Assembly: GCA_964440275.1 (NCBI GenBank)
Contig: CAYTRR010000013.1
Location: 3,054-67,053 of the forward strand
DNA length: 64,000 bases
Reading direction: 5' to 3'
From: an uncultured Spirochaetales bacterium
Lineage (GTDB): Bacteria > Desulfobacterota_D > UBA1144
Below, piece after piece: positions 30,160-38,479 of this stretch (positions are counted from its first letter, which is position 1; each line of letters starts with the position of its first letter). Made by a program: the position numbers and the translations under genes. Under the pieces are notes generated by a model that saw only the letters and a list, made by a program, of their open reading frames with translations, did no database searches and was not told the origin of the DNA.

Positions 30160-30753
30160 ATGGAAAAATTTAAAACAGTGACTAGCGTACTTACACCTTT
30201 AGACTCTGCTAATGTGGACACTGACCAGATAATTCCTAAACAGTTTTTAAAAAAAATTGAAAAGACTGGTTTTGGAGAATTTTTATTTTATGATTGGCGG
30301 TATAATGACGAAGGAACAATTAATAAAAATTTTGTGCTTAATAAAAAAGAATATAAAGGATCTAAGATTTTACTTGCTAGAGATAACTTTGGCTGTGGAA
30401 GCTCAAGAGAGCATGCACCTTGGGCATTGAAAGATTACGGTTTTGTTGTAATAATATCCACCTCTTTTGCTGACATCTTTTATAATAATTGTTTCAAAAA
30501 TGGGATACTTCCTATTGTTGTAGAAGAAGATAATCTTGATTATTTATTTAAAATTGCAACAGAAACAAAAAATTTTCCTTTAGAAGTAAATCTTCTAGAA
30601 AACGAAATAAAAAATGAAGATGGTTTTAGTCTTAAATTTGAAATCGATACTTTTAGAAAAGAGTGTCTAATTAAAGGTCTTGACGACATCGATCTAACAA
30701 TGGCTCATTCTGAAAAGATAGATAGCTTCGAAAAAACTCTAAAATTTACTTGA
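30160..30753 (+). CDS. leuD: 3-isopropylmalate dehydratase small subunit
   Basis: DNFGCGSSREHAPWAL; 197 aa, directly downstream of leuC. Confidence 0.95.
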   Translation: MEKFKTVTSVLTPLDSANVDTDQIIPKQFLKKIEKTGFGEFLFYDWRYNDEGTINKNFVLNKKEYKGSKILLARDNFGCGSSREHAPWALKDYGFVVIISTSFADIFYNNCFKNGILPIVVEEDNLDYLFKIATETKNFPLEVNLLENEIKNEDGFSLKFEIDTFRKECLIKGLDDIDLTMAHSEKIDSFEKTLKFT

Positions 30754-30948
30754 TAAGTAAAGAATAAAAGACAAAATTATGCTTATTATTATTGAAGTTC
30801 CAAGAGGAACAAATATTGTAAAATTCTCTGTTTCTATCTTAAAGTCTAACGGAATCTTCTTTGATAGAAACAGCCCAAAAAATTCATAGAATAGTCCGAC
30901 AATGATTAGCGTAACACCTAAAATGATAATGAGTTTGCTAAAGGACAT
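30739..30948 (-). CDS. Small membrane protein, DUF2905-like
   Basis: 69 aa with two hydrophobic helices flanking KKIPLDFKIETENFTIFVPLGTSIIISI. This resembles the DUF2905 pattern (GRLPGDI.IE...F.F.FP) as I recall it. Confidence 0.5.
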   Translation of the reverse strand: MSFSKLIIILGVTLIIVGLFYEFFGLFLSKKIPLDFKIETENFTIFVPLGTSIIISIILSFILYLSSKF

Positions 30949-30984
30949 AAAAACATTTTAAACTAATTGTTACTAGGTGTTCAA

Positions 30985-32337
30985 ATGGGAAGAATTAAAA
31001 TCTTAAATATAAATAAACAAGTTCAGAGAAATCAATTAAGTCCTGGTTCTAAATTGTTTATAAAATTAATTAATTTAAATTTATTACAGATTGGGGAATT
31101 GATAGACAAAGAACTAATAGAGAATCCTTGCTTAGAAGAAGTAAGAGCTAAAGAGAATTCTCAAGACACAAATCTATCGCTAACAAAAGTATCAAAAAGC
31201 CATAGTGAGGAAACGGCTTTTAATGAGAACATTATTGAAGACAAAACAATTACCATTAATGATTATCTATTAAGACAATTGAGATATTTTGATTTAGAAA
31301 AAAACAAACAAAAGATTCTGTATTCGTTAATTGAATTAATAGATGAAGATGGTTTTTTGAATTACCCTAACGATGAAATAGTTGAAATAATAAGTGAGCA
31401 AACTGGATTAAATACTGACAATATTATAATCGAAGAAATAATCCTATGGGCGCAGAGAAACTTTGATCCTTCAGGAATATTCTCAAGATCAATTTCGGAA
31501 TCATTAATTGTCCAACTTGAATTAAAAAATAATAAAAATTTATCATTTTATTCTGAATTAATAAATAATCATTTAGAAGATTTAGGTTCTGAGAAATTTA
31601 AATTAGTAGCAAAAAGAATGGATGTTGAGACAAGTTTTGTTGAATCATGCTTCAATGCAATATCTGAGCTTGAACCATGGCCAGCAAGAAACTTTATTAA
31701 AGATCAGAACGAAAAGTTCTATTCGGAACCTGAAGCATTTATCTATGAATACAATAATCAATTACAAGTTCAAATAAATAAAAATTTTAGGACTTTTGAA
31801 ATCTCGTCATATTACGAAAATATGCTAACAAAGAATACGAACATTGATAAAGAGGTTGAAGATTATATCAAATCAAGAATAAAAGATGGTAAGACCTTGA
31901 TGAAGACTATCTTAGAAAGAAATGAAATCTATACAAAAGTTCTTAAAACAATCGTAGATATACAAAGTGACTTTATAATAAAAGGGGATCGCTACCTTAA
32001 GCCTTTAAAGTTATCAGATATCGCTTCTATTGTAGGTACTCATGAATCTACAATTAGTAGAATTACTAGCAATAAATATGTAAGCACGCCTAGGGGAACG
32101 ATTAATATGAAATCTTTCTTTAGCAATAAAATAGATAGTGAGGATGGCTCTTCTTCAATTGCGGTCAAAGATATATTGGATGAAATAGTTAATGAAGAAG
32201 ACAAAAAGAATCCTTATGCTGATGAAGAATTGAAAGATATGTTGAGCGAGAAAGGTATTAATATATCAAGAAGAACTATTGCAAAATATAGAAAGATGCT
32301 TAAAATACCATCATCCTTTAAAAGGCGAATAAAATGA
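30985..32337 (+). CDS. rpoN: RNA polymerase sigma-54 factor
   Basis: HTH LKLSDIASIVGTHESTISRITSNKYVSTPRGTINMKSFFS and RpoN box SRRTIAKYRKML. ATG at 30985 is preceded by AGGTG with 5-nt spacing; the track start TTG at 30967 is less likely. Region I is recognisable but divergent. Confidence 0.9.
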   Translation: MGRIKILNINKQVQRNQLSPGSKLFIKLINLNLLQIGELIDKELIENPCLEEVRAKENSQDTNLSLTKVSKSHSEETAFNENIIEDKTITINDYLLRQLRYFDLEKNKQKILYSLIELIDEDGFLNYPNDEIVEIISEQTGLNTDNIIIEEIILWAQRNFDPSGIFSRSISESLIVQLELKNNKNLSFYSELINNHLEDLGSEKFKLVAKRMDVETSFVESCFNAISELEPWPARNFIKDQNEKFYSEPEAFIYEYNNQLQVQINKNFRTFEISSYYENMLTKNTNIDKEVEDYIKSRIKDGKTLMKTILERNEIYTKVLKTIVDIQSDFIIKGDRYLKPLKLSDIASIVGTHESTISRITSNKYVSTPRGTINMKSFFSNKIDSEDGSSSIAVKDILDEIVNEEDKKNPYADEELKDMLSEKGINISRRTIAKYRKMLKIPSSFKRRIK

Positions 32338-32786
32338 AGCTTTCAAATTTATTAAATTCAGAATTAATTTTTCTTGATATTGATCACCAAAATAAAGATA
32401 GTGCTATAGAGTCAATTATTGATAAATTATGTGAAACAGACAAAACACTCAATAATTCCACAATTGTGGATTTAATTCAAAAAAGAGAGAAGCTTTGCAG
32501 TACGGCTTTAGATAATTATGTCGCGATACCTCACACAAAAATACCTGGAATTTCAAGAACACGTGCCTGCTTGGGTATCTGTCAAGAAGGTGTCGATTTT
32601 GGTTCTATAGATGAATTGAAAACCAAGATATTAATACTGATTTTGCACCCAGAAAATACCGACAATCATCATCTAGATATCTTAAGGTCAGTTGCTACTA
32701 TTTTTGCTAAAAAAAATGTTGTTTCTGAGATTTTATCTCTTAATGATAAAAATCTTATTTATCAAATAATTCAAACCAATGAGTAA
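32334..32786 (+). CDS. ptsN: PTS IIA(Ntr)-type regulatory protein
   Basis: Fructose/Ntr-type EIIA with phospho-His context YVAIPHTKI; 150 aa, immediately downstream of rpoN. Confidence 0.85.
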   Translation: MKLSNLLNSELIFLDIDHQNKDSAIESIIDKLCETDKTLNNSTIVDLIQKREKLCSTALDNYVAIPHTKIPGISRTRACLGICQEGVDFGSIDELKTKILILILHPENTDNHHLDILRSVATIFAKKNVVSEILSLNDKNLIYQIIQTNE

Positions 32787-33282
32787 TTCTAAAAATAAGG
32801 AAAATTTAATTAGTAGTCATGGGGTTTTAATTTATCTCAATGGAACTGGTGTATTAATTCAGGGAAAAAGTGGGATAGGGAAAAGTGAATGTGCAGTAGA
32901 GCTAATCAATAAAGGAGCCTACCTTATTTCAGACGACATAGTAATCATTGAAAAGATAAATGATTCTTTAATCGGAAAAGCCCCTGAACAAACGGAAGGA
33001 CTAATTGAAATAAGAGGTATAGGAATAGTTAATATAAAAGAAATTTTTGGGATTAAGGCAATAAAAAAAAAATCAAAGGTGGATTTAATAATTGAGCTTA
33101 TACAATTTAACGACAAACACGATTATGAAAGACTAGGCTATGATAGAGATTTCTTAAATATGCTCGGAATCGATGTTCCTATAATGAAAATCCCTGTAAG
33201 TCCAGGAAGAAACTTGTCTACTCTTATTGAAATTGCTGTAAAAAAAATAAAATTAGAAACTCTCTTTATAAAAAACACTTAA
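32779..33282 (+). CDS. hprK: HPr kinase/phosphorylase, short form (C-terminal catalytic domain only)
   Basis: HGVLIYLNGTGVLIQGKSGIGKSECAVELINKG (P-loop) and LIEIRGIGIVNI. At 167 aa it lacks the N-terminal domain, as in alphaproteobacterial HprK. Confidence 0.85.
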   Translation: MSNSKNKENLISSHGVLIYLNGTGVLIQGKSGIGKSECAVELINKGAYLISDDIVIIEKINDSLIGKAPEQTEGLIEIRGIGIVNIKEIFGIKAIKKKSKVDLIIELIQFNDKHDYERLGYDRDFLNMLGIDVPIMKIPVSPGRNLSTLIEIAVKKIKLETLFIKNT

Positions 33283-33296
33283 TACATTAAAATTTA

Positions 33297-33695
33297 ATGA
33301 TGTTTAGTATATTAATAATTACACATGGGCTTCTTTCACAAGAGTTAAAATCTTCGGTGGAGTTCGTACTTGGAGAGAAGATTATAAGAAAAATATTTGC
33401 TATGAGCATAGATGAGGACTCAAGAGATTACGACACATATTCCAATAAAATTGCAAATTATCTTATGGAGAATTCAAATACTATTATTTTTACTGATATG
33501 TTTGGTGGAACACCTTCAAATATCGGTCTAGCTTACTTCAATAAAGATTCAGTTGAAATAATTTCTGGTGTTAATTTACCAATGTTAATTAAAGCAGCTA
33601 CTATTGATAACTGTGATTCTTTTAAAGAAGCTGTTAAAATAATTAGGCAATCTGGTCAAGACAATATAATTGTTGCTGGAGATTTAGAAATTTAG
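33297..33695 (+). CDS. PTS EIIA component, mannose-type (ManX-like)
   Basis: ILIITHG phospho-His context, DMFGGTP and GVNLPMLIKA; 132 aa. Confidence 0.85.
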   Translation: MMFSILIITHGLLSQELKSSVEFVLGEKIIRKIFAMSIDEDSRDYDTYSNKIANYLMENSNTIIFTDMFGGTPSNIGLAYFNKDSVEIISGVNLPMLIKAATIDNCDSFKEAVKIIRQSGQDNIIVAGDLEI

Positions 33696-33698
33696 GTT

Positions 33699-34022
33699 AT
33701 GGGCAATATAAATCATGAACAAATTATAGAGCAATGGTCAAAGCTTTATTTAAGAAATGAATATGAGGATTGGCAATTAGAAATTGATCCTTCCATAGAT
33801 AAGAATTTGGCATCGATAGCTCTTTTTTTAGATTATAGATCAGCAAAAGAAGCTGGTGAAATCCAAGATGTATACAAAGGATTTCAGAAAGCTGCATTTT
33901 TAGTTTTAGATTTAATTGGTGTTGCGATTGTCGATGACCCTGAAGCAAAAACCATCAAACTTACAACAAAAGAACCCGACAGCGAGAGAGACAAGAAACT
34001 AGCAAAAGAAATCTGGGGATAA
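33699..34022 (+). CDS. Hypothetical acidic protein, no recognised family
   Basis: 107-aa ORF starting 3 nt after the EIIA stop. Its TAA overlaps the next ATG (TAATG), so it is embedded in the operon. I recognise no motif, and no HPr GLHARP-type His site is present. Confidence 0.5.
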   Translation: MGNINHEQIIEQWSKLYLRNEYEDWQLEIDPSIDKNLASIALFLDYRSAKEAGEIQDVYKGFQKAAFLVLDLIGVAIVDDPEAKTIKLTTKEPDSERDKKLAKEIWG

Positions 34023-34816
34023 TGAGTATAGCAGACAAATACAAAGGTTTTATTATAGATCTAGATGGTGTTATGTATTTAGATGGAAAATTGCTTGCAC
34101 ATTCGAAAAGTTTTATTTTAAAACTAATAAAAGAAAAAAAAAGATACGTATTTTTAACTAATGATTCAATTTTACCTGGCAAAAGTTATTCAAATATTTT
34201 AAATAAGCTTGGTGTACCTTGCAAGAATGATCAAGTTATAACTCCAATTAAATCTTTTGAAGAAGTTATTTATAAATTTAAAAAAAAGAAAGTAAAGGTT
34301 ATTGCAATTACAAGTAAAAAAATAAAAAACTATTTGCGTGATAACAATAGAATTGAAGTTCTTAATCCTGAGCAAAACTATAAGAACGCAGACATTGTAC
34401 TAGTAGCGGGTAGTAAAGGATTTAATTATATGGATTTGATGTACTCCAGTTTGGCACTGCAAAATGGATCAAAACTATATGCCACTAGCATTGACAACAC
34501 ATACCCAACCAAACTTGGCAACGTTCCTGCAACTGGTTCAATTATTGCAGCAATACAAAAAGCCACAGATTCAAAAGTTGAAAATCTTGGAAAGCCATCT
34601 AGAAAAATATTTAAAATAGCGTCAGATTATCTTGGGTTTAGAAAATCAGACATATTAGTTATTGGCGACAATTTGAATACAGATATTTATGGATCTTCTC
34701 AAGCGGGTTTAGACTCAGCTCTTGTATTGACAGGAAAAACTGAGCTTAAAGATGTGAGAAAATCCAAATTGCCATTTAGACCATCTTATACTATTAAAAA
34801 TCTCAGAAGTCTCTAA
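34022..34816 (+). CDS. HAD-superfamily hydrolase, subfamily IIA (NagD-like phosphatase)
   Basis: Motif I IIDLDGVMY, FLTNDS, and motif IV IGDNLNTDIYGSSQAGLDSALVLTGKT. Confidence 0.8.
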   Translation: MSIADKYKGFIIDLDGVMYLDGKLLAHSKSFILKLIKEKKRYVFLTNDSILPGKSYSNILNKLGVPCKNDQVITPIKSFEEVIYKFKKKKVKVIAITSKKIKNYLRDNNRIEVLNPEQNYKNADIVLVAGSKGFNYMDLMYSSLALQNGSKLYATSIDNTYPTKLGNVPATGSIIAAIQKATDSKVENLGKPSRKIFKIASDYLGFRKSDILVIGDNLNTDIYGSSQAGLDSALVLTGKTELKDVRKSKLPFRPSYTIKNLRSL

Positions 34817-34830
34817 TATGTAAAAGTTCC

Positions 34831-36054
34831 CTATTTCTCGCCTTGTACCATGCAAACCATTTTTCCAGAATGCTTATTCTCATACATCAGTTGATGAGCA
34901 AGAGGGATTTGCTCGTATGTATAAATTTCAGAAACAACGGGTTTAATTAGTCCTTGATGAACCAACTCGTTTGCTCTAATACATTCAAGAGCATTGGCAA
35001 AATGAGAACCTATTACATCTTTTTGTAACATCCACAAATATCTCACATCAAACATGCAATCATATCCTGAGGTGCCGGCGCATATGACTATTCGTCCAAA
35101 TTTCTCAGCAACAAAAACACTTGTTGGAAAAGTCGTTTCTCCTGGGTGTTCAAAAACAACATTAGGACTTTTTCTTTCACCAAGAAGCTCCCAGATTTTT
35201 TTTCCAAAATTTTTCATTTCTTTAAATCTAAGCTTAGATTCTTCGTCTGTTTCGTTTTTCTTGTATGCTAAATTTGGAAAATCTTTTCTGTTTATTACCC
35301 CTACTGCACCAAGTTCTTCACATAATTGAAATTTATCGTTTGATGAGACAACGGCTATAGCTTTTGCCCCCAACATTTTACAAATTTGTAGTGCAAATAC
35401 TCCTAAGCCACCTGCCGCACCCCAAACTAATACAACTTCACCTGGTTGTACTTTTGCTTTTGTTACAAGCATTCTATATGCAGTAAAATAACAAAGCGCA
35501 TACGAAGCAGCATCAGCCCAATTTAAATTTTTAGGTTTCTTTAAAATTTGCTGCGCTTGAACTTTAGTGAATTGCGCAAAACAACCATTAGGTGTTTCGT
35601 AACCCCAAATTTGTGCTTTCTTACTAATCATTGGATCGTAACTAATAAAGTCAGCACTTGACTGAGTCATATTTGAATGTGGTTCTTCGCTCTCTACTCC
35701 GCAATGAATAATAACTTCATCACCTTTTTTCCAACTTTTAACATTTGCACCTACGTCCCATACAATTCCCGAGCAATCACTCCCAGCAATATGATGATCT
35801 TGTTTATGTACATCTAAAACTGAAATTGGCTCTCCCAGTCCAGCCCAAACACCGTTAAAGTTTATTCCAGTTGCGACAACTAATACTAGTACATCATTTG
35901 GTCCGCACTCTGGGACTGGCATTGTTTCTTCTTGAAAAGACTTCATAGGGTCCCCATGTCTTTCCTTTCTTATAACCCAAGCCCTCATCGTTTTTGGCTT
36001 AAAGTCTAAATCTTCTGGTATAACACCTATAGGTAATGGATCTGAATAACTCAT
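34831..36054 (-). CDS. ccr: Crotonyl-CoA carboxylase/reductase family enzyme
   Basis: MRAWVIRKERHGDP, GINFNGVWAGLGEPISVLDVHKQDHHIAGSDCSGIVW, IWGYETPNGCFAQFTKVQAQQILKKPK, VLVWGAAGGLG and VFEHPGETTFP closely parallel Rhodobacter Ccr as I recall it. Confidence 0.8.
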   Translation of the reverse strand: MSYSDPLPIGVIPEDLDFKPKTMRAWVIRKERHGDPMKSFQEETMPVPECGPNDVLVLVVATGINFNGVWAGLGEPISVLDVHKQDHHIAGSDCSGIVWDVGANVKSWKKGDEVIIHCGVESEEPHSNMTQSSADFISYDPMISKKAQIWGYETPNGCFAQFTKVQAQQILKKPKNLNWADAASYALCYFTAYRMLVTKAKVQPGEVVLVWGAAGGLGVFALQICKMLGAKAIAVVSSNDKFQLCEELGAVGVINRKDFPNLAYKKNETDEESKLRFKEMKNFGKKIWELLGERKSPNVVFEHPGETTFPTSVFVAEKFGRIVICAGTSGYDCMFDVRYLWMLQKDVIGSHFANALECIRANELVHQGLIKPVVSEIYTYEQIPLAHQLMYENKHSGKMVCMVQGEK

Positions 36055-36071
36055 ATAAAACTCCTTATTGT

Positions 36072-37076
36072 TTAGTCAAATTTCAAGCTCATAGCTTCTT
36101 TTATAATTTCAAGATTTATTTTTGTTACTTCTCTTGCTGTTTTACTACCTTCAAAAATTATATCTAAGATTTCATCTTTATTCTTTACAACTTCGGATCT
36201 TTTTTCTCTAATAGGTTCAAGAAAAGCGTTTATATGTTTCGACAGAGATTTTTTTACTTCGACGTCGCCAATCTTGCCTTTTTTGTATCTGTCTTTAAAA
36301 TCTTCTAATTCTTCTTTGTTGTTATTAAAAATATCGTGATATATAAATACGGGGTTTCCTTCAACTTTTCCTGGTACATCCGCGCTTGTCCTATTTGGAT
36401 CTGTAAACATCTTCATAACTTTTTTTTCAACATCCTTCTTAGAATCAACAAGGTAAATACAATTGTTTAAAGATTTACTCATTTTACTTTGGCCGTCAAT
36501 ACCAACTAGTCTAGAATGACTGCTGATTAAAGGTTCTGGCTCTTTAAAAACTTCTTTATAGGTAGAATTAAATTTCCGTGCCAATTCTCTGGAAAGCTCC
36601 ACATGGCTTAATTGATCCTCTCCTACAGGAACTTTTGAAGCATTGAAAATGAGAATATCACAGGACATTAGAACTGGATAAGACAATAAACCTAGGGAGT
36701 AATTTTCATTAAGATTTAAATCAGAAATTTTTTCTTTCAATGTTGGTATTCTTTGTAATCTTGGCACAGAACAAAGCATAGACATGAGAATTGTAAGTTC
36801 AGAAATTTCTGGAATCATAGATTGAAGATAAAAACAAGATTTTTTGGGGTCTAGCCCAACAGATAACCAATCAATAACTAATTCGTTAATATTTTTATTT
36901 AATTCCTCTACTCTATCTTGGTGAGTTGTTAACATATGAAGGTCTGCTATTAGAAAGTAGCAATTATATGTCTGTTGAAGCTCTAATCTGTTTTCTAGTG
37001 TTCCAACATAATGACCAAGGTGTAAATTTCCTGTTGGTCTATCACCTGTAACGAGAATCTCTTTATTGTTTGTCAT
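36072..37076 (-). CDS. trpS: Tryptophan--tRNA ligase
   Basis: [15 protein letters not shown] (HIGH) and KMSKS; 334 aa. Confidence 0.95.
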   Translation of the reverse strand: MTNNKEILVTGDRPTGNLHLGHYVGTLENRLELQQTYNCYFLIADLHMLTTHQDRVEELNKNINELVIDWLSVGLDPKKSCFYLQSMIPEISELTILMSMLCSVPRLQRIPTLKEKISDLNLNENYSLGLLSYPVLMSCDILIFNASKVPVGEDQLSHVELSRELARKFNSTYKEVFKEPEPLISSHSRLVGIDGQSKMSKSLNNCIYLVDSKKDVEKKVMKMFTDPNRTSADVPGKVEGNPVFIYHDIFNNNKEELEDFKDRYKKGKIGDVEVKKSLSKHINAFLEPIREKRSEVVKNKDEILDIIFEGSKTAREVTKINLEIIKEAMSLKFD

Positions 37077-37090
37077 AAATTTATACCCTA

Positions 37091-38239
37091 TTATGATATC
37101 TCACTATCTTCAAATCGGCTAGGATTATGAGCTTTTATATCAAACTTTGCATCCCTACCAACTGATAGGTCTGCAAGGATTTCGCCTATTACAGAAGACA
37201 TTTTGAATCCATGCCCTGAACATGCATGTCCAATTATTATATTTGGATGCTTTGGGTGAGCGCCTAGTATAAAATTACGGTCAGGTGTCGTCATAGCAAA
37301 ACAAGTTCCAGCTTGAACGATTTCTCCGTTTATCCCTGGCAGATATTTCTCTAACCAATAACGAAGCAAAGCTATATCTTCATCTTTTATGTCTCTAGCC
37401 ATTTCTTTTGTAGAATCTATTTTTTTTCCTTTGCTAATACTAAATCCTATTTTGACTCCAGGAATTTTGATACTGGGGAAACCATAAGAGTAATGATCTT
37501 TTTCAATTAGTACAAAACTTGGGAATTTGTCAGGCTTATAACTCGTCAATTTATCAGGCTTAAACCAACCAGCAACTAAACGCCACAACTCTAATTGACG
37601 CGAGAATTCAGGTAAAAATTCATTTATGTATGCTCCTGCCGTTAAAATCACTTTTCCAGCTTCGTAACGCTTGTCTTTAGTTTGAACTACAACTTTATTT
37701 TCGGTTGGTGTTATAGAAACGACAGGAGTATTAAGTTGTATTACTGCTCCATTGTTAGTTGCAAGGTTAAGAAATGAATTTATACAAGATTCAGACAAAA
37801 GAAATCCCGCAGTTTTATCTAGAAATCCAATACAATTTTTCTTAATAAAAAATTGAGGGTATTTTTCTTTTACTTCTTTTGAGGATAATATTTCGTATGC
37901 GAGATTGTGTTTATCAGCAGATTGTTTTGCATCAATTAAAGTAGGATGATTCTCTTCGCCTATAAATAAAGCTCCTTTTTGGAACAATAGAGATTCTTTG
38001 CTTTCATTTTCAATCTCATTCCATATTTCTTTTGATCGTAAAAGCATGGGAACATAATGCTCACCATTTGAATATGAAAAACGAATCATACGAGATTCAC
38101 CATGTGAAGAGCCATTATTATGTCCAACAGAGAAGCTATCTATACCAAGAACTTTTTTGCCTGTTTTAGATAATTGATACAGTGTAGAGCTACCATGCGC
38201 TCCTAAACCAACAACTATAAAATCGTAAATTGAACTCAC
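37091..38239 (-). CDS. Monomeric sarcosine oxidase / N-methyltryptophan oxidase-like FAD oxidoreductase
   Basis: FAD fold [14 protein letters not shown], covalent-flavin Cys context [11 protein letters not shown] (Bacillus MSOX has GAVCMYTKTLD) and [13 protein letters not shown]. Confidence 0.8.
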   Translation of the reverse strand: MSSIYDFIVVGLGAHGSSTLYQLSKTGKKVLGIDSFSVGHNNGSSHGESRMIRFSYSNGEHYVPMLLRSKEIWNEIENESKESLLFQKGALFIGEENHPTLIDAKQSADKHNLAYEILSSKEVKEKYPQFFIKKNCIGFLDKTAGFLLSESCINSFLNLATNNGAVIQLNTPVVSITPTENKVVVQTKDKRYEAGKVILTAGAYINEFLPEFSRQLELWRLVAGWFKPDKLTSYKPDKFPSFVLIEKDHYSYGFPSIKIPGVKIGFSISKGKKIDSTKEMARDIKDEDIALLRYWLEKYLPGINGEIVQAGTCFAMTTPDRNFILGAHPKHPNIIIGHACSGHGFKMSSVIGEILADLSVGRDAKFDIKAHNPSRFEDSEIS

Positions 38240-38272
38240 CTTTTAATTGTATCAAAAATTAGTTGAAATTTG

Positions 38273-38347
38273 CGCGCCTGGAAGGACTTGAACCCTCGAC
38301 CTCCAGAGCCGTAATCTGGCGCTCTAATCCAACTGAGCTACAGGCGC
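38273..38347 (-). tRNA. tRNA-Arg (anticodon ACG)
   Basis: The reverse complement folds as acceptor GCGCCTG/CAGGCGC, D-arm GCTC/GAGC, anticodon stem CCAGA/TCTGG with loop TTACGGC, and T-loop TTCAAGT. Confidence 0.92.
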
Positions 38348-38355
38348 ATAAAACT

Positions 38356-38445
38356 CGGAGAGAGGGGGATTCGAACCCCCGGTACAAATTTACTCTGTAC
38401 GGCGGATTAGCAATCCGCTGGTTTAAGCCAGTCCCCCCCCTCTCC
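38356..38445 (-). tRNA. tRNA-Ser (anticodon GCU), class II with long variable arm
   Basis: Reverse complement: acceptor GGAGAGG/TCTCTCC, anticodon stem GCGGA/TCCGC with loop TTGCTAA, variable arm GTACA...TGTAC, T-arm GGGGG-TTCGAAT-CCCCC. A run of 8 G covers positions 6-13, giving G at position 8 and a weak D-stem. Confidence 0.85.
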
Positions 38446-38479
38446 AAAAAAAAGAAGTATAGCATAGTGGATAAACAAA

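Noticed and set aside
33699-34022. Possibility that HPr/NPr is encoded here in this or another frame.
   Set aside because: None of the frames, including the 74-aa antisense ORF at 33724-33948, contains an HPr-like GLHARP/His15 or Ser46 context.
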